A stretch of DNA of 64,000 nt, taken from positions 18,511-82,510 of IMG/VR virus record IMGVR_UViG_3300007609_001486; one strand, written 5' to 3'. Under the pieces are notes generated by a model. That model had not been told where the DNA came from. It searched no databases and saw nothing but the letters and a program-made list of their open reading frames with translations. The position numbers and the translations under genes are program-made. This document shows positions 30,511-39,153 of this stretch, in pieces (position 1 is the stretch's first letter; each line of letters opens with the position of its first letter). Source of the stretch: a virus.

Positions 30511-31618
30511 AGATCTCAAATGGAGTAATTACGATTTTACGAAAATTCCCTTTCATGATATTACGCAAGTAGGCCAGCGCACACTTTTATACAGAGATAT
30601 CTTCACAGTGTCGTGGCTCCTTGGAAGATTCTGTAATTATAGATGTAGCTATTGCTGGCCATACGCCAGATCTGACAAAAAAGATCATCGACCGACAGAA
30701 CTTTGTCTTAAAACAATAGATGAAATAAAGCGCCAAGCACGGGATAACGGATTTAACAGTTTTCATTTTAGTCTCAGCGGTGGAGAACCAACTTTTCATC
30801 CAGGATATTTAGATATTTTAAAATACCTTGCAGACGATGTACAGAATACTAATTATACCAGTATTCATATGACTAGTAATTGTAGTCGAAATATGAAATG
30901 GTTTGAAGAATATGTGGAAAGCGCAAAACCCTTCCACCGTGCAAGTATAACTGCAAGCTTACACACAGAGCATGTAAACACTCCGGAAAAAATGCAGGAA
31001 TTTGCGGACAAATTAATCTTTTGCCAAGAACATGATGTTCAAGTGACCATTAACCAAGTAATGGTCCCAGACTGGTTTGAACGAGATTGGGAAAATGCTC
31101 TTTTCTTTCATGAGCAGGGCATAAATGTAACGTTAAAACCTCAGAGCGACCCCACGGCCAGCAGGGTTGTTGATGGGTATACCGAAGACATGTTAAAACG
31201 ATTATATAACGGAATGCCTCAGAGAGCATATACAGAATTAAAAAGAAAATGGGCAGGTAGACCCAAGCCCAACTTTCAAATTCCAGTTGGAGTAAACGGA
31301 AAAAATGATGCTAGTGTGCCGTGGCATATGCAAGTTGAGTTTAAAGATTCCACCGGCAAAAAATGGTACATGGATCAAGCAGAAAGGTTTAATGCATTCA
31401 ACTTTAACAAATTTAAAGGTTGGAACTGCAATGCAGGCTTCCAAGGTATTATAATTAGAGAGCCCGACGGAAGCGTTAAACGGTCTTATAGTTGCCATGA
31501 TGTTCCTTTAGGAAATATAGAAACAGGATTTAATTTATTTGACCAACCGATGCCTTGCATAACTGAAAGTTGTGTAAGTTCTGCAGATAGCAAGATTCCA
31601 AAAAGAAAAGATGTATAA
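30503..31618 (+). CDS. Radical SAM protein (FKGWxC subfamily)
   Basis: CNYRCSYC, SGGEPT, FKGWNCNAG and CITESCVS. Confidence 0.9.
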   Translation: MNEDLKWSNYDFTKIPFHDITQVGQRTLLYRDIFTVSWLLGRFCNYRCSYCWPYARSDKKDHRPTELCLKTIDEIKRQARDNGFNSFHFSLSGGEPTFHPGYLDILKYLADDVQNTNYTSIHMTSNCSRNMKWFEEYVESAKPFHRASITASLHTEHVNTPEKMQEFADKLIFCQEHDVQVTINQVMVPDWFERDWENALFFHEQGINVTLKPQSDPTASRVVDGYTEDMLKRLYNGMPQRAYTELKRKWAGRPKPNFQIPVGVNGKNDASVPWHMQVEFKDSTGKKWYMDQAERFNAFNFNKFKGWNCNAGFQGIIIREPDGSVKRSYSCHDVPLGNIETGFNLFDQPMPCITESCVSSADSKIPKRKDV

Positions 31619-32663
31619 TGTAAACGATGTTCGGGAATTACATATTGAGCTGACAGATAAATGCCAGGCGCAATGTCCTATGTGTGCTAGGAATTATAAC
31701 GGATATGGCACTAGAACTTTTATTGAAAATAGAGAAATATCATTCAACGAGTTTAAAGAATGGTTCCCTGAAGAATTCCTAGCACGATTAGATAATTTTT
31801 ACAGTTGTGGTAACTATGGTGATCCTGCATTTGCTAGTGACTGTCTAGAAATATTTGCATATGCTCGCAAATGTAATCCTACCGCCAAAATGTCATTACA
31901 TACTAATGGCGGCATGCGCAATCCGAAATGGTGGTCCGAACTTGCAAAACATAATATTGAGGTTGTATTTGCGGTAGACGGATTCAAGGGTAAACATGAA
32001 CTTTATCGTAAAAATACAAAATTTGAAAAGGTAATTGAAAACTTAAAAGCATTTATCGATGCAGGCGGAAGTGCCTGTGTTGATAGTTTAGTATTTGCAC
32101 ATAACGAATTTGAAACAGAATTATTAGAAGATTATTTGTTAAAATTAGGTGTCAAATACGTAAACTTTGTTAGCACTACTAGGTTTTACGAAATGAAAGA
32201 ATTCTATGTTTATAACGAAGATAAAAATTTTCAATATTCGTTAAAGCCACCAACATTACCTCCTTATAAACGGGAACCTAATAATACATTAGAGTCTTTA
32301 TTAAACCATAACGTAAGAAAACAAGTAGTACACGATGCTGTAATTTCTCCAAAATGTACTAGTGTAAAAGGAATCTACGTTGATCCAAGGGGAAACTTAT
32401 ATCCCTGCTGTCTAATAGGACACGATTATATTGAGGATGACGTAAAGGAAATTCTGCCAGTACACACCTTACATAATATTTCAATAAAACACACTAAGAA
32501 TATTCTTGGTAAAGTAGGATTACAAAACTGTAAAGATAGAATATTATATACAAATGAAGTTTTATTTAAAGATTTTGATAAAACATGGAGTAATGAAGAC
32601 AAATGTTTAACATGTGTAAATGCTTGCTCTAAAACAGTATACGAGTATACAAAAAATGTCTAA
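31611..32663 (+). CDS. Radical SAM protein (CGNxGDP subfamily, C-terminal twitch)
   Basis: CQAQCPMC, CGNYGDP, GNLYPCC and CLTCVNAC. Confidence 0.9.
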   Translation: MYNVNDVRELHIELTDKCQAQCPMCARNYNGYGTRTFIENREISFNEFKEWFPEEFLARLDNFYSCGNYGDPAFASDCLEIFAYARKCNPTAKMSLHTNGGMRNPKWWSELAKHNIEVVFAVDGFKGKHELYRKNTKFEKVIENLKAFIDAGGSACVDSLVFAHNEFETELLEDYLLKLGVKYVNFVSTTRFYEMKEFYVYNEDKNFQYSLKPPTLPPYKREPNNTLESLLNHNVRKQVVHDAVISPKCTSVKGIYVDPRGNLYPCCLIGHDYIEDDVKEILPVHTLHNISIKHTKNILGKVGLQNCKDRILYTNEVLFKDFDKTWSNEDKCLTCVNACSKTVYEYTKNV

Positions 32664-33975
32664 GATAGATAAATTGAAAAAAGAAATAGAGGAAAAAACA
32701 GGATCTACTACATTCTGTGCGTTACCTTGGACGCATGTTGCGACAGAAACAAACGGCTCTATGCGGTTGTGCTGTGCATCTAATACTAAAGGCATTGTAT
32801 CTAATCCTAAAAATACCGGCACTCAGGCAACTTTAGACAATACTACAATCACTAAAGAATGGAATAACGAATATTACAAGAATATTCGTAACAAAATGTT
32901 ATCAAATGAAGAGCCCTTAGATTGTCAAAAGTGTTTCCAACAAGAAAAATTAGGGATTATCTCTAAACGACTTTGGGAAACCAGAGAATGGCTTAATAGA
33001 CGTTTGGATACATCTTTCCTATCTGAGATTGCAGAGCCACCAGTATACTTAGATTTACGTTTAGGCAATAGCTGTAATTTAAAATGCGTAATGTGCTCTC
33101 CGCATGACAGTTCACAGTGGGTAAAGGATTATAAAAATTTAAACGCAGAAACCAAAGCACTGGTAGATTGGGATCAAGAAACAAAAAATCCTTTTTGGCA
33201 TAGAAATAAACCTTTTATACACGATCTTTATAAATTAATACCTACCTTGGAACAAGTTCAGTTTGCAGGCGGAGAGCCTTTAATGATCCCTGAACATTTT
33301 AATTTATTAAACGAAATTATAAATGAAGGACGAAGTCACCATGTAGTTTTGAAATATAATACCAATGGTACAATTGTTAATGATGAGATCTTAGACATAT
33401 GGAAAAATTTTAAAAAAGTCAAAGTTTCTATAAGTTTAGACGGAATAGAGGGCAGAGGTGAATATATCAGACACCCGATGGCTTGGGAGCAAATTAAAGA
33501 AAATCTACAAATCCTTGATAAATCACCGGAAAACATTGATGTAAATTTAGCTGTCACAGTTCAATTATTAAACATAAAACATTTGCCTGATTTTGCGAAA
33601 TGGAAAATTGCACAAAAATTTAAAAAAATTAATTTAGAAATTATAGAAGGATATCAAATAGGCGCAGGTATTTTTAACATGCATCTCCTTTATATTCCTA
33701 CCTTTTTAAGTATTCAGTGTTTACCAGAACAAGATAAAAAAGAAGTGGAAGAAAGTTTTTTACAATTTAAAAAGTGGCTTAAAGACAATTATAACCAATC
33801 ATTTTGGCATAATCCTGTTGGCTGGCAAAAATGGCAATCATTGTTAGATTACATGTATAAACACGATGGATCCGACCAAATTCCTAATTTTCAAAAATAT
33901 ATTTTAAATTTAGATTCTATAAGAGGAACTGATGCAAAAGAAATATTTCCTGAACTATCACATCTTTTTCTTTGA
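32656..33975 (+). CDS. N-terminal twitch-domain radical SAM protein
   Basis: CALPWTH...RLCC...CQKC, then CNLKCVMCSPHDSS and FAGGEP. Closest in-window paralogue of 23983. Confidence 0.9.
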   Translation: MSKIDKLKKEIEEKTGSTTFCALPWTHVATETNGSMRLCCASNTKGIVSNPKNTGTQATLDNTTITKEWNNEYYKNIRNKMLSNEEPLDCQKCFQQEKLGIISKRLWETREWLNRRLDTSFLSEIAEPPVYLDLRLGNSCNLKCVMCSPHDSSQWVKDYKNLNAETKALVDWDQETKNPFWHRNKPFIHDLYKLIPTLEQVQFAGGEPLMIPEHFNLLNEIINEGRSHHVVLKYNTNGTIVNDEILDIWKNFKKVKVSISLDGIEGRGEYIRHPMAWEQIKENLQILDKSPENIDVNLAVTVQLLNIKHLPDFAKWKIAQKFKKINLEIIEGYQIGAGIFNMHLLYIPTFLSIQCLPEQDKKEVEESFLQFKKWLKDNYNQSFWHNPVGWQKWQSLLDYMYKHDGSDQIPNFQKYILNLDSIRGTDAKEIFPELSHLFL

Positions 33976-34851
33976 TATAGGAATATCGCCTGCACAAGTG
34001 CACCAATTTCGTGTGCAAATTACAGGTTCTTCAGGAACTTCAAAACTACCTTCATAGATATTACCTAAACTCCCCCCAACTCTGCATGTAGCACGATGCA
34101 CTTCTCCGTCCCAGTTTATCATTAAACTTTCTAATCCCACATTGCAACTCCATCCCTTGAATTTATTGAGGTGATTCTTTATAATTTCGTTTGCGTGCAT
34201 GGTTGATGTATCATCTATAACACAATTTGGCCTTGCAGTTCCAGTGTTTTGTAGAATCCAGTCTAAATCTTCTGTAGCATACTTTAAATCGTCAAACCAG
34301 TCATGATCGCCATTAGTCCATCTTATGCGTCTTATTACTGTAGGAATATTCATTGATTGCAACATTTCCCATGCTCTTTTTACCATATCCATATATTCGT
34401 GGTGTGCCATTAAATGTACTATTACGTCTCTATCAAATACTTTACCTACATTAATTGCATTGTTTAAACTTTTAGACCATAACTCGTTGTCAAAGTGTAG
34501 ACTGAATACGTATTGATTCACAGGCTGATCAAGGTACCATTGCACATTACGTAACCCGTTTGAAGTTACATTTATCCATTTAACATGCATTGATTCATCT
34601 ATATGATTTATAAGTTCTTCAATTTTAGGGTGAACAGTTGGCTCGCCCCCGGTCAGACTCATTCTTACAGGTTTTGCAAGTTCTTCTAATTTATCTACAG
34701 CATCTAACATATGCTTAATTTCGGCATGGGGACTAAAATTATCATGTATACTCGGAGGACAATAGGCACAATCTAAATTGCATCTTTTACCTATATTCCA
34801 TTCTACTTTAACAGTGTCAGTATTGTCGTAAACATTTTCGACTTTAAACAT
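33958..34851 (-). CDS. Radical SAM protein (FKGWxC subfamily)
   Basis: CNLDCAYC, TGGEPT, FKGWSCNVG and CTRNWCTC. Confidence 0.9.
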   Translation of the reverse strand: MFKVENVYDNTDTVKVEWNIGKRCNLDCAYCPPSIHDNFSPHAEIKHMLDAVDKLEELAKPVRMSLTGGEPTVHPKIEELINHIDESMHVKWINVTSNGLRNVQWYLDQPVNQYVFSLHFDNELWSKSLNNAINVGKVFDRDVIVHLMAHHEYMDMVKRAWEMLQSMNIPTVIRRIRWTNGDHDWFDDLKYATEDLDWILQNTGTARPNCVIDDTSTMHANEIIKNHLNKFKGWSCNVGLESLMINWDGEVHRATCRVGGSLGNIYEGSFEVPEEPVICTRNWCTCAGDIPISKKKM

Positions 34852-36109
34852 ATTTCTTAAACTCTGGATTGATATGTTCGAAAGGTCCCTGCGATCTAGT
34901 TTTATCTAATGCGCGATTAAACTCAATAGTTTCCCGCCATAAATGATGTTGATCAGTGGCTTTTATATATGTTATTACGTCGTTAATTTGGTTAATTGTA
35001 AATTCCAATAACTTACCATTATCTTTGACAAGTTTAAAATTTGGAACTTTTTCTTTAACCTGTTCTAGTCTTTTCACTACTTCTTGTTTTAGATCTTTTG
35101 GTAATACTTGAGCAGAAAGAACCCTAGGATGGTCGACACTTTTAGCATAAAATATTATGCCCAAATCATCTAAGAAATATTCTATCATTTTATCTAAGAC
35201 CATAATGTTATTTACTTGGAATGCAACTGCTCCTACAATACGATTAATATTGGGAATATCTTGCATTACTTTTATATTTTTTATTAGGGTTTCCCAATCA
35301 CCATTTCCTCTTACATATTCATAACTTTTACCTATTCCATCTATGCTAACATTTACAGCGACACTTTTAAATCTAGGCCAGTAATCGTGTATATTCCTGC
35401 CACCTTTTATACCTAAAATCGTCCCATTAGTTGCATATTTAATTTCGATATTTTCTCCGTATGTGGAAAGCATATCTAAGATCTTATAATGGTGCGGGTC
35501 CATGAGAGGCTCGCCTCCGGCAAATTCAACCCTTCGGAAATATGGCAACAACTTTTCAAAACTGTTCCACCAGTTTGTGTTATCTTCAAAATGACCTAAA
35601 TAAGGATTCTTTTTGAGGTTTAAATTATCTACCATGTTAGGTAAGAAAACATCGTCGTCCTTATAGTAACCTTCGATAGAATCCCAATCTTTCCACGAAG
35701 TGCTGTCAACAGGATTGCACATTCTGCACTTTAAATTACATAGATTGTTAATTTTAATTTCAATGGTAGGGATTTCAAAAGGCATTGAGTAATCTTCATT
35801 AAGGTTGTCTAAAGCATTAGGATAAAGATTTATTCTTGACTCTGGAATAACATTCTCTATATGTCGTTGTCGTAAACTTTGTACTCCTTGATCCTCCAAC
35901 ATATAACAGGGTAAACATTCAGGCGGCCTCTCATCATTTAACACCTGCTGTCTGATACGTAGCATATTTTCGTTATTCCAAATTTCTTCTAAACTTTCAT
36001 CTTGAATGTAGCCAACAGGGTGACTGCGGCAGCATATTTTTACTGCGCCGTCCTCTCGGGTAGCAAGTCCAGTAAAAGGGTGCATACAAAATGTACAGGA
36101 TTTTTTCAT
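34844..36109 (-). CDS. N-terminal twitch-domain radical SAM protein
   Basis: CMHPF...DG.VKICC...CLPC, then CNLKCRMC and FAGGEP. Confidence 0.9.
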   Translation of the reverse strand: MKKSCTFCMHPFTGLATREDGAVKICCRSHPVGYIQDESLEEIWNNENMLRIRQQVLNDERPPECLPCYMLEDQGVQSLRQRHIENVIPESRINLYPNALDNLNEDYSMPFEIPTIEIKINNLCNLKCRMCNPVDSTSWKDWDSIEGYYKDDDVFLPNMVDNLNLKKNPYLGHFEDNTNWWNSFEKLLPYFRRVEFAGGEPLMDPHHYKILDMLSTYGENIEIKYATNGTILGIKGGRNIHDYWPRFKSVAVNVSIDGIGKSYEYVRGNGDWETLIKNIKVMQDIPNINRIVGAVAFQVNNIMVLDKMIEYFLDDLGIIFYAKSVDHPRVLSAQVLPKDLKQEVVKRLEQVKEKVPNFKLVKDNGKLLEFTINQINDVITYIKATDQHHLWRETIEFNRALDKTRSQGPFEHINPEFKKYV

Positions 36110-36114
36110 AATGT

Positions 36115-36143
36115 TACTTATCTCATATGGCTAATTATAAATA
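36115..36143. promoter_or_regulatory. Back-to-back late-type promoters: GATAAGTA (- strand, 36115-36122) and TATAAATA (+ strand, 36136-36143)
   Basis: Each motif lies exactly 5 nt before an ATG (36109 on -, 36149 on +). Confidence 0.6.
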
Positions 36144-36148
36144 ATTTT

Positions 36149-36817
36149 ATGATAACTCCCACTATGTATTCATTAGACGAAAATATTTTACAAGAAGCAG
36201 TCAATTCTTTACCTCAAATAAGTTTTAAACTTTCCTTAAATCACCCTACAGAAGATTTTTTTTATAGTCCATGGGTTATAAAAGACGAATATAAAGGCAC
36301 GGTATGGAACGACGTTTTGAAAAGTTTACCAGAAATGCAGGGAGAAGCTAGATTAATAAAACTAGATCCTGGATTTTGTTATTATGCTCATGCTGATATA
36401 GATGACAGATGGCACTTATCGTTACAAGCCGAACATTCCTTTTTAGTTGACATACAAAATGAAAAACTACATAAAGTACAAGTTGATGGAAAATGGTATT
36501 ATTTCGAAGCAACTAATATTCATAGCGCAACAAACTTTAGTAACAAACCTCGTATTCAATTAGTTGTGAGAAAATTATTGCAAAAAAATAAAATTATAGA
36601 TCCCATATGTGTAAATTTAATTTTAAAAGAGTATAGACATGATTATAGATATCTATTTGATAGCACAGTAAGCCCATGGTTAAATAAAGCTAATAAAACT
36701 GGATATATCTCTAACTTTGAAAAGAAAGATAAATCTGTAAAATTTATAATTTCCGAGTATGCGCTAAGTTCGCTTAAACAAATTTTACCAAAGGAGTTTG
36801 AATTAAGATGTCTGTAA
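36149..36817 (+). CDS. Fe(II)/2OG oxygenase (Asp/Asn beta-hydroxylase-like)
   Basis: YAHAD...IHSATN...PRIQLV (HxD...H...R). Start reassigned to ATG 36149. Confidence 0.7.
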   Translation: MITPTMYSLDENILQEAVNSLPQISFKLSLNHPTEDFFYSPWVIKDEYKGTVWNDVLKSLPEMQGEARLIKLDPGFCYYAHADIDDRWHLSLQAEHSFLVDIQNEKLHKVQVDGKWYYFEATNIHSATNFSNKPRIQLVVRKLLQKNKIIDPICVNLILKEYRHDYRYLFDSTVSPWLNKANKTGYISNFEKKDKSVKFIISEYALSSLKQILPKEFELRCL

Positions 36818-37356
36818 GGTTTGTAGGAAATTGTAAGACAGTAAACTGGCAAGAATTAATCGAATCAATAAGCCGTATAGACGGAGACGTAAGAACATAT
36901 GGAGTAAACTTTTATCAAGATTCTAATCAAAATTTTAATGAGATAATAGATTTATGGAAGACTGCAGGATACGATAAAACAGAAACAGTAGAATGGATAA
37001 ATTATTATCCAGGAAAACATTTTGGAACCCATTACGTAACACAATTTGAAGAGTATACTGATACTTTATGTGCACGTGCTTGGATTAGTAAAATACGTCC
37101 TGGGAAGTATGCGCCTTATCATAAAGATATCGATGATAATATAGAAGAATACCTAGCCAGGGGAGATTTAGTACGATATACCGCGCATCCTTGTATTCCT
37201 AAAAAAGGACAAATCTTAATTATAGACGAAACCGTATTACATTTAGAAGAACAAGGAAATGTGTACAAGTGGTCAGATTACTTTGCATGGCATGGCGGCG
37301 GAAATATAAGTTTTGAACCTAAATACTTATTCAATTATCTAGGAGTCAAAAAATGA
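36808..37356 (+). CDS. Fe(II)/2OG-type oxygenase (DSBH fold)
   Basis: IRPGKYAPYHKD...WHGGGN. Confidence 0.65.
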   Translation: MSVRFVGNCKTVNWQELIESISRIDGDVRTYGVNFYQDSNQNFNEIIDLWKTAGYDKTETVEWINYYPGKHFGTHYVTQFEEYTDTLCARAWISKIRPGKYAPYHKDIDDNIEEYLARGDLVRYTAHPCIPKKGQILIIDETVLHLEEQGNVYKWSDYFAWHGGGNISFEPKYLFNYLGVKK

Positions 37357-37886
37357 GATTTATAGGTAACAGTAGTGAAGTAATTGATTGGGATCAGTAT
37401 GTAAATTTGATCGAATGTGATCAAGGAAGAATTAGGGGAACAGCTCAAAGAGATGATATTCATCATAATCCTAAGGTTGCCGAATTAAAAAATATATGGG
37501 AAGTAGCTGGCTACACAAATAATAATGCTGTTGGCTGGATAGATTACGAAATATCACAGGATATAGTTGACAAATTTGCATTTTGGGCAGGAATGAATCC
37601 AATAGCTGGTTGGATTACTAGTGTTCCGCCAGGCTATTGTGTTCCGTGGCATCCCGACTATACAGATGACGAGGAAAAAATACTTTCTAACGGTGAGGTA
37701 TTTAGATTCACCTGTCATATTGGTAAGCCAAGATGGGGCCAAGTCTTTGTACTAGAAGAGCATGTATTTCATATGGAGTCGCAAGGAAACTCATATCAAT
37801 GGTCGGACTGGCAGGACTGGCACGGCGGATTAAATATGGGGTTACACTCTAAACTCCTCTTTAACTTTTTGGGATATAAGCGTTGA
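37353..37886 (+). CDS. Fe(II)/2OG-type oxygenase, tandem paralogue of the previous gene
   Basis: VPPGYCVPWHPD...WHGGLN...LFNFLG. Confidence 0.65.
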   Translation: MRFIGNSSEVIDWDQYVNLIECDQGRIRGTAQRDDIHHNPKVAELKNIWEVAGYTNNNAVGWIDYEISQDIVDKFAFWAGMNPIAGWITSVPPGYCVPWHPDYTDDEEKILSNGEVFRFTCHIGKPRWGQVFVLEEHVFHMESQGNSYQWSDWQDWHGGLNMGLHSKLLFNFLGYKR

Positions 37887-38452
37887 AAAATAAATTTTGT
37901 TTCGATTTAAAACTTCCAATTAGCGGACCATTAAATAATTTTAAATGTATATACAGGAACGATGCAGAGCCAGACATTTTCTTCATAGATCATTCTGACG
38001 TAAGCGAAGATTATAAAAATTGGATAAGTGAATGTGGATTAATAATGACATATCCGCCTTTGATTTTTTATACACCCATTGGACATCAAATAGGTGTTCA
38101 CATAGACGGTCCTGGCAAAGTTATGGATAGGGCTTGTATGAACTGGTGCGTACAAGGAGCAGGGAGTCTAATGCACTGGTACGAAGTTAAAGCAGGGTGT
38201 TCTCCATTTGAAGAAACAGAGACACAAGCCGGCACACCATATACACAATACCATCCTAAGGATCTAAATCATCTTCATAGTCAAACTGTTAAATGGCCTA
38301 GTGTTGTTCAAACAGGAATACCCCACAATGTTCATAATAGCACTTGGGAGCCTAGGTGGACAATTAGTTGCGATCTAAGTTTTAAAGATACTCCTGAACA
38401 AGGACTCACAATGTTTCAAGCACAGGAAATATTTTTTAAATGGATGATTTAG
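37883..38452 (+). CDS. Fe(II)/2OG-type oxygenase
   Basis: IGVHID...PHNVHN...PRW. TTG start overlaps the upstream TGA. Confidence 0.6.
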   Translation: MKNKFCFDLKLPISGPLNNFKCIYRNDAEPDIFFIDHSDVSEDYKNWISECGLIMTYPPLIFYTPIGHQIGVHIDGPGKVMDRACMNWCVQGAGSLMHWYEVKAGCSPFEETETQAGTPYTQYHPKDLNHLHSQTVKWPSVVQTGIPHNVHNSTWEPRWTISCDLSFKDTPEQGLTMFQAQEIFFKWMI

Positions 38453-39153
38453 ATATTCAATTTTACAAAGCTAATAAAAATAAAACCTTCAAATTAGAAC
38501 AATTACCGGATGGAACTTATGAGTATCAAGCTATGTGGATTATGGAGCAAAGACACATTGGGTGGTTAGAACTGGAATGCAATCACCCAGTTGAAATCTA
38601 CAATGAATTGGAATATTATCTTCATAGAGGACACGAAACACATGTTGGGTGGAGCAGTGTGTGTTTACATGGGCTTGGAGCTGATAAAATAGCTACTGCT
38701 CCTACATATGGTTATAATGAGTTTACTGCTCCTTACACTTTTACAGATATTTCAACATATTTTCCTAAAACCGTTGAATATTGGAAAAAATTTCCTGCAG
38801 AGCGGTTTACAAGAATACGATTTATGAAACTTGAAGCAGGGGGGAGCATTAGTGTACACAATGACAACTATGAAAATGTACCAGAAGATTTTAATCCTTT
38901 AGATGGTATACTGCCTATTAATGTTGCAATAGTTCATCCTGATAATTGCGATATGATTATAGAAGATTGCGGGTCAGTGCCTTTTACTTCTGGCAAAGTT
39001 TTTCTAATTAACGTAGCAAAAAATCACATGGTAGTAAATAACTCCAACAAAGATAGAATACACCTTATATCAAACATTATTTTAGGAAATAAACGAAGTG
39101 AATTTTGTAAATTACTGGTAAGAAGTTATGAAAAATGTTATAACCTTCAATAA
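38440..39153 (+). CDS. Fe(II)/2OG oxygenase (Asp/Asn beta-hydroxylase-like)
   Basis: RIRFMKLEAGGSISVHND...NHMVVNNSNKDRIHL. Confidence 0.75.
   Translation: MDDLDIQFYKANKNKTFKLEQLPDGTYEYQAMWIMEQRHIGWLELECNHPVEIYNELEYYLHRGHETHVGWSSVCLHGLGADKIATAPTYGYNEFTAPYTFTDISTYFPKTVEYWKKFPAERFTRIRFMKLEAGGSISVHNDNYENVPEDFNPLDGILPINVAIVHPDNCDMIIEDCGSVPFTSGKVFLINVAKNHMVVNNSNKDRIHLISNIILGNKRSEFCKLLVRSYEKCYNLQ

Noticed and set aside
25388-34851. Complete 7-deazaguanine DNA modification pathway (queC plus queE-like radical SAM)
   Set aside because: No folE, queD or dpdA recognisable. The radical SAMs are longer and carry twitch domains, unlike QueE.
18608-36109. Calling the radical SAMs MoaA, PqqE, NirJ or anaerobic sulfatase maturases
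   Set aside because: Only generic SPASM/twitch similarity. None of the partner genes of those pathways is present.
36002-36148. Extended ORF starts from the track (also 22861, 25376, 29944, 32620, 40516, 50285, 50889, 53097, 59181, 63033, 63785)
   Set aside because: Downstream ATGs fit promoter spacing, SD sites or 4/8-nt coupling overlaps, and the extensions overlap other genes or promoters.
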